DNA of 64,000 bases from Clostridia bacterium. GTDB lineage: Bacteria > Bacillota > Clostridia > Christensenellales > CAG-138. Below, piece by piece: positions 44,121 to 52,929 of this stretch. The translations under genes were made by a program, and so were the position numbers. The DNA is taken from positions 13,428 to 77,427 of the forward strand of contig JAFYJD010000009.1 in NCBI GenBank assembly GCA_017538255.1, given 5' to 3'. Position 1 is the first letter of the stretch, and the number at the start of each line of letters is the position of its first letter. The notes beneath the pieces were generated by a model. It ran no database searches and was not told the DNA's origin. It saw nothing but the letters and a program-made list of their open reading frames with translations.

Positions 44121-44510
44121 TTATTGAGGGCGCTTTTTGTTGGTGTTTATCGCCGCCATAACCTTGGCGTGCTCCTCGGCAAGTTCTTTTTGAAGCGCGC
44201 AGGGCGAAAGTGTGAGGTTGTGCTCGGTTACGACAGCTTTGAGCGCGACGGGTGCGCCGGCAAGGCGTATGCCGCGAAGAAAATCGCCGAGCGTCTTTTC
44301 GTCCAGCCCGTCCATAACGAGCATTTCCTCGGTGAAGTCCGCGTTTTGCTCACGTTCGCCGAAGCGGCCGATCCTGCCGACGATCTCGCCGAGCGGCAGA
44401 CCGAAATCCTTTTTGTCTATGCTGACGGAGCGTATGCCGAGGCGTTCCGCGGTCATATTGATGCGCTCGAGTTTTTTGCCGGAGATGTTAAAAAGAAATA
44501 CCTTCTTCAC
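44121..44510 (-). CDS. DUF3783-like hypothetical protein
   Basis: MKKVFLFNISGKKLERINMTAERLGIRSVSIDKKDFGLPLGEIVG...FTEEMLVMDGL...LKAVVTEHNLTLS resembles my recollection of DUF3783 proteins. GTG start after GAGGAG. Confidence 0.55.
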   Translation of the reverse strand: MKKVFLFNISGKKLERINMTAERLGIRSVSIDKKDFGLPLGEIVGRIGRFGEREQNADFTEEMLVMDGLDEKTLGDFLRGIRLAGAPVALKAVVTEHNLTLSPCALQKELAEEHAKVMAAINTNKKRPQ

Positions 44511-44632
44511 GGGAGGTTCTCCTCTCTTTGATTATGTCTTTATTTTACAGCATTATTCCCGAATTGTAAACAAAAAGACCCGCGTCGAGTGCGAGTATAT
44601 GTCTGCTTTTTGCTACTGATATGCGCCGCACA

Positions 44633-44661
44633 TTGAAAAAGGTGCGCTGTTTTGGTATAAT
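44633..44661 (+). promoter_or_regulatory. Sigma-A-type promoter
   Basis: TTGAAA (44633-44638), 17 bp, TATAAT (44656-44661). Confidence 0.6.
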
Positions 44662-44693
44662 CAAGTGTCGAAGGAGTTTTCAGGCGATTTGTT

Positions 44694-45155
44694 ATGAAAA
44701 AGGCGCTCTATATTTTTGTTCAATGCACATGGGGCATACTGCAGACCCTCGTCGGGTTTGTTGTGTTTTTATGCAACATAAAAAAACCGCATGCCCTTTA
44801 CCACGGCTCCGTTTTGACTGAATGGTCGAATCATGCGAGCATATCGCTCGGAATGTTCGTCTTCGTCTACAACGGCGGCGCAAGCCGCTCGGAACTGCGA
44901 CCGAGCGCAAAACGCATTTTTGCGGATGAGGGGCTCATCGTTCACGAATACGGGCATACGATACAGTCGCTCTTGCTTGGTCCGCTGTATCTTGTTGTGA
45001 TAGGAATACCTTCGCTGCTTTGGGCAGAGCTGCCGCGCTATATTAAAAAAAGGAAAGAGGGTGCGCCCTATTCCGCGTTCTGGACGGAGAGGGGAGCGGA
45101 CAGGCTCGGCGAGCGCACAACGCGTGAAAGATCGTTCACAAATACGGAATCGTGA
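44694..45155 (+). CDS. Hypothetical membrane protein with HEYGH (HExxH) motif
   Basis: MKKALYIFVQCTWGILQTLVGFVVFL...IVHEYGHTIQSLLLGPLYLVVIGIPSLLW has 3-4 TM segments. The SD (AAGGAG) is unusually far (17 nt) from the ATG. Confidence 0.6.
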   Translation: MKKALYIFVQCTWGILQTLVGFVVFLCNIKKPHALYHGSVLTEWSNHASISLGMFVFVYNGGASRSELRPSAKRIFADEGLIVHEYGHTIQSLLLGPLYLVVIGIPSLLWAELPRYIKKRKEGAPYSAFWTERGADRLGERTTRERSFTNTES

Positions 45156-45258
45156 ACGCAAACAGATTATATTCGCGTTTGGGTATTGCTTTTTTACGGC
45201 AAATGTTGTAAAACAGAATCAGTTAATACGCCTTTAAGGCAATTTGGAGGTTATAATA

Positions 45259-45840
45259 ATGAATTTCATCGTTGAAGTATCCGCACGCCACGTACATCTC
45301 ACCCAGGAACACGTCGAAATGCTCTTTGGTAAGGGCAGCGAACTCACCTTCGACCGTCCTCTTTCCCAGCCCGGCCAGTTCCTAAGCAAGGAAAAGGTAA
45401 CTATCAAAAACGGCGACAGGAAGATCGAGCGCGTTTCGATCCTCGGGCCCGTCCGCAAGGCGTCCCAGGTCGAAGTATCCAAGACCGACGCCGTTTCGCT
45501 CCGTGCGGAAGGCTTTATCCGCGAGAGCGGCGACCTTTGCGGTACCGCGCCGATCGAGATCGAAGGCCCCGCGGGCAGCGTACAACTTGAAGAAGGTCTT
45601 ATCATCGCAAAGCGTCATATCCATATGACTCCCGAAGCCGCAGAGGAAGCGGGCCTCAAGGATAAGGATATCGTCAGCGTTGCGGTAAGCACCGAGGAAC
45701 GCAAGACCGTTTTCGGCGACGTCGTAGTTCGCGTTAGCCCGAATTTCGCGCTCGCGATGCATATCGATACCGACGAAGCCAACGGCGCGAATGTTCCCAG
45801 GAACGGCTGCCGGGGCCGAATCGTCGAATTCGATTTTTGA
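45259..45840 (+). CDS. pduL: Phosphate propanoyl/acetyl-transferase PduL
   Basis: Duplicated PduL motif: VEVSARHVHLTQEHVEMLFG...ILGPVR and IIAKRHIHMTPEAAEEAGL. ATG at 45259 follows GGAGG. Confidence 0.9.
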   Translation: MNFIVEVSARHVHLTQEHVEMLFGKGSELTFDRPLSQPGQFLSKEKVTIKNGDRKIERVSILGPVRKASQVEVSKTDAVSLRAEGFIRESGDLCGTAPIEIEGPAGSVQLEEGLIIAKRHIHMTPEAAEEAGLKDKDIVSVAVSTEERKTVFGDVVVRVSPNFALAMHIDTDEANGANVPRNGCRGRIVEFDF

Positions 45841-45863
45841 TCGTCCGGAAAAACCGATTAAAC

Positions 45864-45899
45864 ATAAAGAAAACGCATCTGATGATGCGTTTTCTTTAT
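45864..45899. terminator. Bidirectional terminator
   Basis: ataaagaaaacgcatc-tgat-gatgcgttttctttat, a perfect 16-bp stem between convergent genes. Confidence 0.85.
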
Positions 45900-45904
45900 G
45901 CTGT

Positions 45905-46114
45905 TCAACCGCTTTTGCGGTCGTCGTGTGTTTTATCGCTCTGCGCCCTTGGGTGGCAGGTCGAACTCATGGCGCAGTGGGCGCAACCGCAGCCGCAGGC
46001 CGGTGCGCCGCGCTTTTTGTCGCGAACGAGTTTTATAATTATCAACACCACCGCCGCGGCGAGCCCCGCAACTATCAAAAGCGTGGCAAGGTTGTTCTTA
46101 ATCCATTCAAACAT
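45905..46114 (-). CDS. FeoB-associated Cys-rich membrane protein
   Basis: MFEWIKNNLATLLIVAGLAAAVVLIIIKLVRDKKRGAPACGCGCAHC is one TM helix plus a CGCGC cluster, directly downstream of feoB. Confidence 0.7.
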   Translation of the reverse strand: MFEWIKNNLATLLIVAGLAAAVVLIIIKLVRDKKRGAPACGCGCAHCAMSSTCHPRAQSDKTHDDRKSG

Positions 46115-46199
46115 AGTATTTCGCTCCATTTTATGCATCGGGCGGTGTGCCGCCAGATGCCATTATACAACATATTTTACTTCAAATAAAGCGATTTCA

Positions 46200-48614
46200 T
46201 CACTTTTTCAGTTTGATATTAAGATGCGTCGCTTCATTATACGGGCGAACGAGGAGGTAAACAAGTCCCGCAAGGAGCATCGTCGCGGCGATCGCGCCGA
46301 CGGCGTTTATACCGCCCGCGAATACGAGACCGAACTGATAGAAGATAAGCGCCATCACATATGCGAACACGCATTGATACAGTATCGCAAACAGGGTCCA
46401 CTTGGAGGAGTTCATCTCTCTGCGGATCGCGCCGATAGCCGCAAAGCAGGGCGCGCAGAGCAGATTGAAGATGAGGAAGGCATATCCCGCAAGTTTTGAG
46501 AGCCCGCCGAAGTCGAGCACGCCGAAAACGCCGACTACCTCTTCCTTTGCAACAAGCCCCATGATCGTGGCAACGGCGGCTTTGGCACCTTCTTCACCGC
46601 TCCCGAAGCCGAGAGGCGCGAATATCCACTTGATAGCGCCGCCGATGCGGCCGAGTATGCTTGAGGAGAGTTCCATCTCCGCGTCGAAGACAAAGCTGCC
46701 GTCAATTATGCCGAAGCGTGAAGCCGCCCAGATGAAGATCGTTGCGATGAAGATGACGGTACCCGCTTTTTTGACGAACGACCAACCGCGCTCCCACATA
46801 CTGCGAAGCACGTTCATCGGCCTTGGCATGTGATATGCGGGAAGTTCCATAACAAATGGCGCGGGATCGCCCGAAAACATCTTGGTTTTTTTAAGGATTA
46901 TGCCCGATATGACGATAGCGGCAAAGCCGATGAAATACGCGCTCGGCGCGACCCACCACGCCCTGTTGAACAGCGCGCCCGCGATCAGCGCGATGATGGG
47001 TATCTTCGCCCCGCAGGGGATGAACGTCGTTGTCATTATCGTCATACGTCGGTCGCGTTCGCTCTCTATCGTGCGCGATGCCATAATGCCGGGTACGCCG
47101 CAGCCTACGCCGATGAGCATCGGTATGAACGATTTGCCCGAAAGCCCGAAGCGTCTGAATATGCGGTCCATAACGAACGCGACGCGCGCCATATAGCCGC
47201 ATTCTTCAAGAAGGGCGAGGAACAGGAACACAACGAGCATCTGCGGCAAAAAACCGAGCACCGCGCCTACGCCCGCGATAACGCCGTCGATAACAAGACT
47301 GTTAAGCCATTCGGGCGTATTGAGTTTTTCAAGCGCCTTTTCGGCAAGCACGGGTATGCCCGGCACAAAAACACCGTAGTCTTCGGGCGCGGGAGCGTCT
47401 TTAAGCGCCGCTTCCACGGCCTCGCCGATGCCGAATCCCGCCTCATCAAGCGCTTCGCCGTAGGTGTCAAACGCCTCGGCAAAGGCTTCGTAGTCCTCAC
47501 CTTCGATCGCGCCCAGTATCTCGTCCGCGCCTATAACTCCGGCGCTTTCGGCGGATCTGACGGCGGATGCGATATCATCAGTAAAGATATTCGCCTTTGC
47601 AAATTCGTCCGCTGCGTCGTCAAACGCTTTTTGACCGATGCCCAGAAGATGGAAACCGTCGCCGAAGAGATTGTCGTTCGTCCAGTCTGTCATAGTGCCG
47701 CCGATCTTCGAAACGGCGAGATAGTAAACAAGGAACATAACGAGCGCAAATATAGGCAGTGCCAACCGGCGGTCGGTAACGACCCTGTCGATCCTGTCCG
47801 ATACCGTCAGTTTATCCGTTGACTTCTTCTTATAGATGTCTTTAATCAGCGAGGCGATGTATACATAGCGTTCGTTGGTTAAGATGCTTTCGGAATCGTC
47901 GTCAAACTCCACTTCAACAGCGGCTATATCCTTTTCGATGTGTTTGACGGTATCCTCGGGAAGCGCCAACTCTTCAAGCACCTTTTGATCCCTTTCAAAC
48001 AGTTTGACGGCGTACCAGCGCCGGCGCTCCTCCGGCAAAGAATGAACGCTTGCATCCTCGATATGCGCGAGCGCGTGCTCGACGCTCCCCGAAAACGTAC
48101 TCGAGGGGGGCTTGGTACCGCTTTTAGCCGCTTCGATCGCGGCGTTTGCGGCCTCTTGGATGCCCGTGCCGCGAAGAGCGGAAATCTCAACGATAGGACA
48201 TCCGAGGGCGGCCGACAGTTCGCGGGTATTGAGTTTGTCGCCGTTCTTCTTAATGATATCCATCATATTTATCGCGATAACGACGGGGATGCCGAGTTCG
48301 ATGAGCTGCGTGGTGAGGTAGAGATTCCTCTCAAGATTCGTGCCGTCAACGATGTTCAAAATCGCATCGGGTCTTTCGGTGATCAGATAATTCCTTGCAA
48401 CGACTTCCTCAAGCGTGTAGGGTGAGAGCGAATAGATGCCGGGCAGGTCGGTTACGGTTACGTCGTCGCGCTTTTTCAATTTGCCCTCCTTCTTCTCGAC
48501 CGTAACGCCGGGCCAGTTTCCGATAAATTGGTTGGAGCCCGTAAGTGCATTGAACAGCGTTGTTTTGCCGCTGTTCGGGTTGCCCGCAAGAGCGATCTTT
48601 AGGTTTTTGTTCAT
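46200..48614 (-). CDS. feoB: Ferrous iron transporter FeoB
   Basis: N-terminal G domain (IALAGNPNSGKTTLFNALTG, DLPGIYSL), then a polytopic permease with gate motifs. AAGGAGAA RBS. Confidence 0.95.
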   Translation of the reverse strand: MNKNLKIALAGNPNSGKTTLFNALTGSNQFIGNWPGVTVEKKEGKLKKRDDVTVTDLPGIYSLSPYTLEEVVARNYLITERPDAILNIVDGTNLERNLYLTTQLIELGIPVVIAINMMDIIKKNGDKLNTRELSAALGCPIVEISALRGTGIQEAANAAIEAAKSGTKPPSSTFSGSVEHALAHIEDASVHSLPEERRRWYAVKLFERDQKVLEELALPEDTVKHIEKDIAAVEVEFDDDSESILTNERYVYIASLIKDIYKKKSTDKLTVSDRIDRVVTDRRLALPIFALVMFLVYYLAVSKIGGTMTDWTNDNLFGDGFHLLGIGQKAFDDAADEFAKANIFTDDIASAVRSAESAGVIGADEILGAIEGEDYEAFAEAFDTYGEALDEAGFGIGEAVEAALKDAPAPEDYGVFVPGIPVLAEKALEKLNTPEWLNSLVIDGVIAGVGAVLGFLPQMLVVFLFLALLEECGYMARVAFVMDRIFRRFGLSGKSFIPMLIGVGCGVPGIMASRTIESERDRRMTIMTTTFIPCGAKIPIIALIAGALFNRAWWVAPSAYFIGFAAIVISGIILKKTKMFSGDPAPFVMELPAYHMPRPMNVLRSMWERGWSFVKKAGTVIFIATIFIWAASRFGIIDGSFVFDAEMELSSSILGRIGGAIKWIFAPLGFGSGEEGAKAAVATIMGLVAKEEVVGVFGVLDFGGLSKLAGYAFLIFNLLCAPCFAAIGAIRREMNSSKWTLFAILYQCVFAYVMALIFYQFGLVFAGGINAVGAIAATMLLAGLVYLLVRPYNEATHLNIKLKK

Positions 48615-48632
48615 AGCAGTTTTCTCCTTGCC

Positions 48633-48658
48633 AATTAGTTAGCCAATGCTAACTAATT
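48633..48658. promoter_or_regulatory. Palindrome AATTAGTTAGC-CAAT-GCTAACTAATT between feoA and feoB
   Basis: 11-bp perfect arms, ending 4 nt from the feoB SD. The core AGTTAGC-N4-GCTAACT is shared with the site at 49191. Confidence 0.5.
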
Positions 48659-48693
48659 TCTCAAAAAAATAGGCGTTTTTGCGATCTCGGCGA

Positions 48694-48915
48694 TCAAACG
48701 ACCTCGATGCTGTCCGCGTCCGCTTTGCGGATAGAAAGTTCATATCCGCGCACGGTCAATTCAATCGGATCGCCGAGCGGAGCCAGTTTGCGAACATACA
48801 CCTCAACGCCCTTTGTAATGCCCATATCCATTATCCTGCGTTTGACCGCGCCTTCCCCGTGGAGTTTCACAACGCGAACGGTGCGTCCAACGGGGGTATG
48901 TTTCAGAGTTTTCAT
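48694..48915 (-). CDS. feoA: FeoA-family protein
   Basis: MKTLKHTPVGRTVRVVKLHGEGAVKRRIMDMGITKGVEVYVRKLAPLGDPIELTVRGYELSIRKADA is an SH3-like FeoA domain. ATG at 48915 follows AAAGGAGAA. Confidence 0.85.
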   Translation of the reverse strand: MKTLKHTPVGRTVRVVKLHGEGAVKRRIMDMGITKGVEVYVRKLAPLGDPIELTVRGYELSIRKADADSIEVV

Positions 48916-48938
48916 AAATGTTCTCCTTTTGTTTTTTG

Positions 48939-49148
48939 TTATACCGTGATCCGCTGAGCCGTTTCGCGGCTGATCGCGATGCGAGCGCCCTTGACGCTCA
49001 CGATCAGATCGCCCGCAAAAAACGATACAACGGTTATCTCGCATCCCGGAACGAACCCGAGATCTTTTAGGTGCTTCTTTACATCGGCGCTTCCGCCTAT
49101 GCGCTTTATAACGCTGCTTTGACCGACGGCAGCGAGCGACAGCGGCAT
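48939..49148 (-). CDS. feoA: FeoA-family protein (second copy)
   Basis: LSLAAVGQSSVIKRIGGSADVKKHLKDLGFVPGCEITVVSFFAGDLIVSVKGARIAISRETA. AAAGGAG RBS. Confidence 0.85.
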   Translation of the reverse strand: MPLSLAAVGQSSVIKRIGGSADVKKHLKDLGFVPGCEITVVSFFAGDLIVSVKGARIAISRETAQRITV

Positions 49149-49190
49149 AGATCAACATCTCCTTTCATATGGATTTCGAGCCTCGAAAAT

Positions 49191-49208
49191 AGTTAGCACG
49201 TGCTAACT
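49191..49208. promoter_or_regulatory. Perfect palindrome AGTTAGCACGTGCTAACT upstream of the feo operon
   Basis: 18-bp perfect palindrome 43 nt upstream of the first feoA start, adjacent to a second small IR atttcgag/ctcgaaat (49173-49189). Confidence 0.5.
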
Positions 49209-49349
49209 TATGATATGATAACCCATGTGAGCCGCTTTGTCAAGCGGAAAAATCATATATTTTAGCGATTTACGGAGGCGAAGCGTCGGTTTCCGGCGCG
49301 GCTTGATGCGTTTTGCGTAAATATAAAGTTGAAAAAAGCGCGTACATAG

Positions 49350-49378
49350 TTGAAATCGAGCACATATTGCACTATAAT
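49350..49378 (+). promoter_or_regulatory. Sigma-A-type promoter of the VanW-family gene
   Basis: TTGAAA (49350-49355), 17 bp, TATAAT (49373-49378). Confidence 0.6.
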
Positions 49379-49464
49379 GTATAAGTTAAAGTTTGCGCTT
49401 TTGTGGATGCGGGGCGCATATCAGCGATATTTCCGGGCTTGACTCGAAACGGAGCAGGGGATCG

Positions 49465-51156
49465 ATGGATCAGTATAAATACAACGAACATTTCGATAAG
49501 TATTACGACGCCGAACCGGCGCCGAAAAAACGCTTTGGCACGGGGCTGTTGAGCCTGATCGTGCTTATTCTAATCGTTGCGCTTTTCGTGGCTATGTTTT
49601 TCCTTTCCAAAGAGATGCGCCGCGTGAACGATGAATATAACAGGGCACGTATGGCGGAAGAGGAGCGAAACTCCTACTCCGTAGTCAAGGGTGCGGACGG
49701 TACGCTCACCGTTTTAGGCACGCATAACGGCATCCCGTTTTCCTACAATGAGGACGGCAAGATCCTCGAGGGCGTGTCGATAGCCGGCATTCAACTCGGC
49801 AAAAAGACTTACGAGCAGGCACGCATTGCAATCATCAGCGACGCGCAAAAACGCATTGAGGACATCAATATCCGCGCAACGGTCGAAAACGCGACATTCG
49901 TGCTCGTCGCAACGGATTTCCGATTCAACTGCGACGTCAACCCCAAGATCCACGAGGCGCTCAAGGTCGGAAGGGAAGCGGGCAGGGACTGCTACACGGT
50001 CTATATCGACAGGGAACGCATCAAAACGGAGGGCGTTGACCTGGGCGGCTACTCGATAAGCATCGACGAGCAAAGCGTCCGCGAAACGGTCGACAGGATC
50101 GCTGCTGTGGTCGACAAGACCCCGACCGAGCCCTACATAACGCTTCTTAACCTCGTCGGCGGCGGCAAGCCCGGCGTAGGCATCGGCGGAAGCACCCTCG
50201 ATATCCACTCGACTCAAAAGGTCTACGCGCCAAACGGCACAGCGATGGCGGAGATACAGTTCCATAACGGGCATAACGGCTATGTTCTGAATAAGGACGA
50301 TATGGTCGATAAGATCATCAAAGCGTTCAATGCGGGCGATTATCACGCCGAACTGGAACTCAAACTCGAGGAAACGGAGCCGTCCATGACGGCGGAAGAA
50401 CTCGTGGCGTCCACCTCCGAGATATCGCGCTTTTCGACTAAGTTCGCCTCATCAAGCGATTACCGCGCACGCAACGTGCAAAAAGCGGCGGGACTTTTGC
50501 ACTGCGTCGTTATGACAAAGGGCGAGGAATACAGTTATAACGAACTGCTCGGCCCACGCAACGAAAAGGACGGCTGGCTTCCCGCTCCGGGCATCTCCGG
50601 CGGCAAGGAGTACATCGACAGCCCGGGCGGCGGTATCTGCCAGGTCAGTTCCACACTCTACAACGCGCTGCTGCAGCTTGGTCCCGATACAAAGATCGTT
50701 CGCAGATACCATCACTCGATCCCCGGCAGTTATATCGCGAAGGGGCTTGACGCAACGGTATCCTACGGCGGCCCCGATCTCGTCTTTAAGATAGAAACCG
50801 ATACGCCGATGCTTCTTTTCTCCTACGCTGATATGAAGAATCGCACGGTGTACTCGATAATCTACGGCGTGCCGAACGCTGAGGGAGCGACCTATAAGAT
50901 ATGGTCGGAAACCGTCGAAACCATCGCTCCGCCGGAATCGAAAATCATCGAGGAACCTATGTGGCCCAAGGGCTATAAAAGGACTGTTATAAATGCGCGC
51001 ACCGGCTACAATGTAGACGTTTTTCGTCAGAAATACGATAAAGACGGCAACGCTGTCGGCGAGCCCGAAACCCTGTATCGGGACAAATACGCCGCCGTCG
51101 CCGCCGAGATACATGTCGGCACGGGCAGTTCGTCGCTCCCGATACCGACCGATTGA
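49465..51156 (+). CDS. VanW-family protein (membrane-anchored)
   Basis: N-terminal TM anchor (LLSLIVLILIVALFVAMFFL). C-terminal VanW domain with GGGICQVSSTLYNALLQLG...RRYHHS. ATG at 49465 follows GGAGCAGGGG. Confidence 0.85.
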   Translation: MDQYKYNEHFDKYYDAEPAPKKRFGTGLLSLIVLILIVALFVAMFFLSKEMRRVNDEYNRARMAEEERNSYSVVKGADGTLTVLGTHNGIPFSYNEDGKILEGVSIAGIQLGKKTYEQARIAIISDAQKRIEDINIRATVENATFVLVATDFRFNCDVNPKIHEALKVGREAGRDCYTVYIDRERIKTEGVDLGGYSISIDEQSVRETVDRIAAVVDKTPTEPYITLLNLVGGGKPGVGIGGSTLDIHSTQKVYAPNGTAMAEIQFHNGHNGYVLNKDDMVDKIIKAFNAGDYHAELELKLEETEPSMTAEELVASTSEISRFSTKFASSSDYRARNVQKAAGLLHCVVMTKGEEYSYNELLGPRNEKDGWLPAPGISGGKEYIDSPGGGICQVSSTLYNALLQLGPDTKIVRRYHHSIPGSYIAKGLDATVSYGGPDLVFKIETDTPMLLFSYADMKNRTVYSIIYGVPNAEGATYKIWSETVETIAPPESKIIEEPMWPKGYKRTVINARTGYNVDVFRQKYDKDGNAVGEPETLYRDKYAAVAAEIHVGTGSSSLPIPTD

Positions 51157-51174
51157 CGCCAATGCGTTTATGTA

Positions 51175-51203
51175 TTGACAAATCGACTGCGAGACATTAT
51201 AAT
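51175..51203 (+). promoter_or_regulatory. Sigma-A-type promoter
   Basis: TTGACA (51175-51180), 17 bp, TATAAT (51198-51203). Confidence 0.65.
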
Positions 51204-51241
51204 TGTTCGGAGTTTTGATAAAAACCAAAGGAGAAACCCAA

Positions 51242-52744
51242 ATGAAAACCAAACTCATAAAATTGACAGCGCTGTTCATCGTCGCATTGATGCTCTTCGG
51301 CGCGATCGCTTGCTCCGCTGCAATCAACGACCCCAGAAAGATATCCATCGGCAAAGTCGGTAAAGCCAAACTGACCCTCGCGGACTTTATGGGCTTTTAC
51401 CAAAACAACTACTACGCTGCTTCCGCGGTACCCGATTACAATGCCTATATTAAAGAAATGACCGCCAACTACGGCGTTGCACTCAACCGTTGCTACGAAC
51501 TCGGTCTCACCCTCGACGAGGAGGAGAATAAGGAACTCGAAGAACGCATAACCGCGTCCATCGACAACGCGATAGCGAGCGCTGGCTATGCTTCGTCGGA
51601 AGAGAGCCGCGAAGAACAACTCAAGAAATTAGACAAATTCCTGAAGCAGAACGGAACGTCCCTCAAAAAGTATCAAAAGGAACTCAAAGAGGATATTACC
51701 AAGACAATGCTTCTTGAAAAACTCCGCAACCAGGTTGCGAGCGAAGTAACCTGCGGCAAGGAAGATGTAAAGGACTATTACAACACAAACATCATCAAGG
51801 TGGAAGAAAAATACAAAGAGGATCTCTCCGCTTTTTCCGACGATTACAACGCCTACCTCACCGGCGAGGGTATGATCCCGCTCACCACGCCCGAGGATAT
51901 GTTCACCGTAAAGCAAGTTCTCATCCAGTTCGAGAACAAGGCCGAAGTCAGCGATACCGTTGAGGGAACCTTCTCCGAGGAGCAGCAAAAGAAGATCCAG
52001 GAGATCCGCGACGCGCTCACAGCAGGTATCAGCACTCAGGACTTCATTGACAAGTATATGCTCAACGCGGATTACAACGACGATCCGGTTTTCAAACCCG
52101 TGGATACCGGCGATGAGCCCAAGACCATAGAAAACGATCCATACCTCAACCTGCGCGAACACGGCTACGTTATGAACGAGGAGTTTATTAAATCCTACTT
52201 CGCCGGTTTCGGCGAAGCGGCGTGCCTGCTCTACTACGGTAAGGATTGGACAGAGCCCACCGAGACTCCCGAGCCCGATGCGACCCCCGCGCCCGACGCT
52301 ACCGAGGCGCCCGTTACCGAAGTTCCCACTACTGAGGTTCCCACTACCGAGGCACCCGCTACCGAGGCGCCCGCTACCGAGGCACCCGCTACCGAGGCAC
52401 CGGAGGCTGAACTGCCCCCCATCGAAAAGTACGGCATCAAGTTCTATACGACCACGGACGGCGATGAGATCGCCGAGGTGCAGACCAACGTCAAAAACGG
52501 CGGCGTACATTTCATTATCATCGCTGAAAAACTCGAAGCGGGTCGCGCTATGACCGGCGACGATTTCGACAATGAGGAGAGCGAAGCGTTCAAGAGCATC
52601 CAGAAGTTCCACCTTATCACGCTGCAGGACGAGCATTACGCGGCTTGCGCTGCGGAGTGGAAGGAGAACGCAAAGATCAAGATGATCAGCGACTCCAAAC
52701 TCGCCGGCTACCTGCAGGCGTATATCAACGGTGCAGGCAAATAA
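51242..52744 (+). CDS. Lipoprotein, SurA-N/PpiC(parvulin)-like putative foldase with inserted Pro/Thr/Glu linker
   Basis: Lipobox FGAIACS. The N-terminal region resembles the SurA/PrsA chaperone domain. FTVKQVLIQF... and ...GGVHFIIIAEK resemble the two ends of a parvulin domain. The assignment is tentative. Confidence 0.55.
   Translation: MKTKLIKLTALFIVALMLFGAIACSAAINDPRKISIGKVGKAKLTLADFMGFYQNNYYAASAVPDYNAYIKEMTANYGVALNRCYELGLTLDEEENKELEERITASIDNAIASAGYASSEESREEQLKKLDKFLKQNGTSLKKYQKELKEDITKTMLLEKLRNQVASEVTCGKEDVKDYYNTNIIKVEEKYKEDLSAFSDDYNAYLTGEGMIPLTTPEDMFTVKQVLIQFENKAEVSDTVEGTFSEEQQKKIQEIRDALTAGISTQDFIDKYMLNADYNDDPVFKPVDTGDEPKTIENDPYLNLREHGYVMNEEFIKSYFAGFGEAACLLYYGKDWTEPTETPEPDATPAPDATEAPVTEVPTTEVPTTEAPATEAPATEAPATEAPEAELPPIEKYGIKFYTTTDGDEIAEVQTNVKNGGVHFIIIAEKLEAGRAMTGDDFDNEESEAFKSIQKFHLITLQDEHYAACAAEWKENAKIKMISDSKLAGYLQAYINGAGK
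52346..52400 (+). repeat. Tandem 15-bp repeats encoding (TEAPA)n within a wider P/T/E-rich tract (about 52255-52410)
   Basis: accgaggcRcccgct x3 plus a partial copy. Confidence 0.85.
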
Positions 52745-52760
52745 ACCAATAAACAAACAG

Positions 52761-52793
52761 GAACGGACGGACCGAACGGCCCGTCCGTTTTTG
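52761..52793 (+). terminator. Terminator after the foldase-like gene
   Basis: aacggacgg-loop-ccgtccgtt followed by TTTTG. Confidence 0.7.
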
Positions 52794-52833
52794 TATAACC
52801 GCATCTTCTTGCTCAAAATACCGTAAAAAACAC

Positions 52834-52862
52834 TTGCGCCAAACAACGCCTTGGTGTATAAT
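52834..52862 (+). promoter_or_regulatory. Sigma-A-type promoter of the decarboxylase operon
   Basis: TTGCGC (52834-52839), 17 bp, TATAAT (52857-52862). A second TATAAT lies at 52867-52872. Confidence 0.5.
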
Positions 52863-52929
52863 AGGTTATAATAGGGGGAGAATGGTAAACAAACAGATTT
52901 CCCCAATATAAAACCGAAAGAGGAACCGT

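Noticed and set aside
46830-47822. 330-aa plus-strand ORF, plus 45837-46499 and 47940-48425
   Set aside because: They are antisense to feoB and the Cys-rich gene. Their sequences are Arg-rich and improbable.
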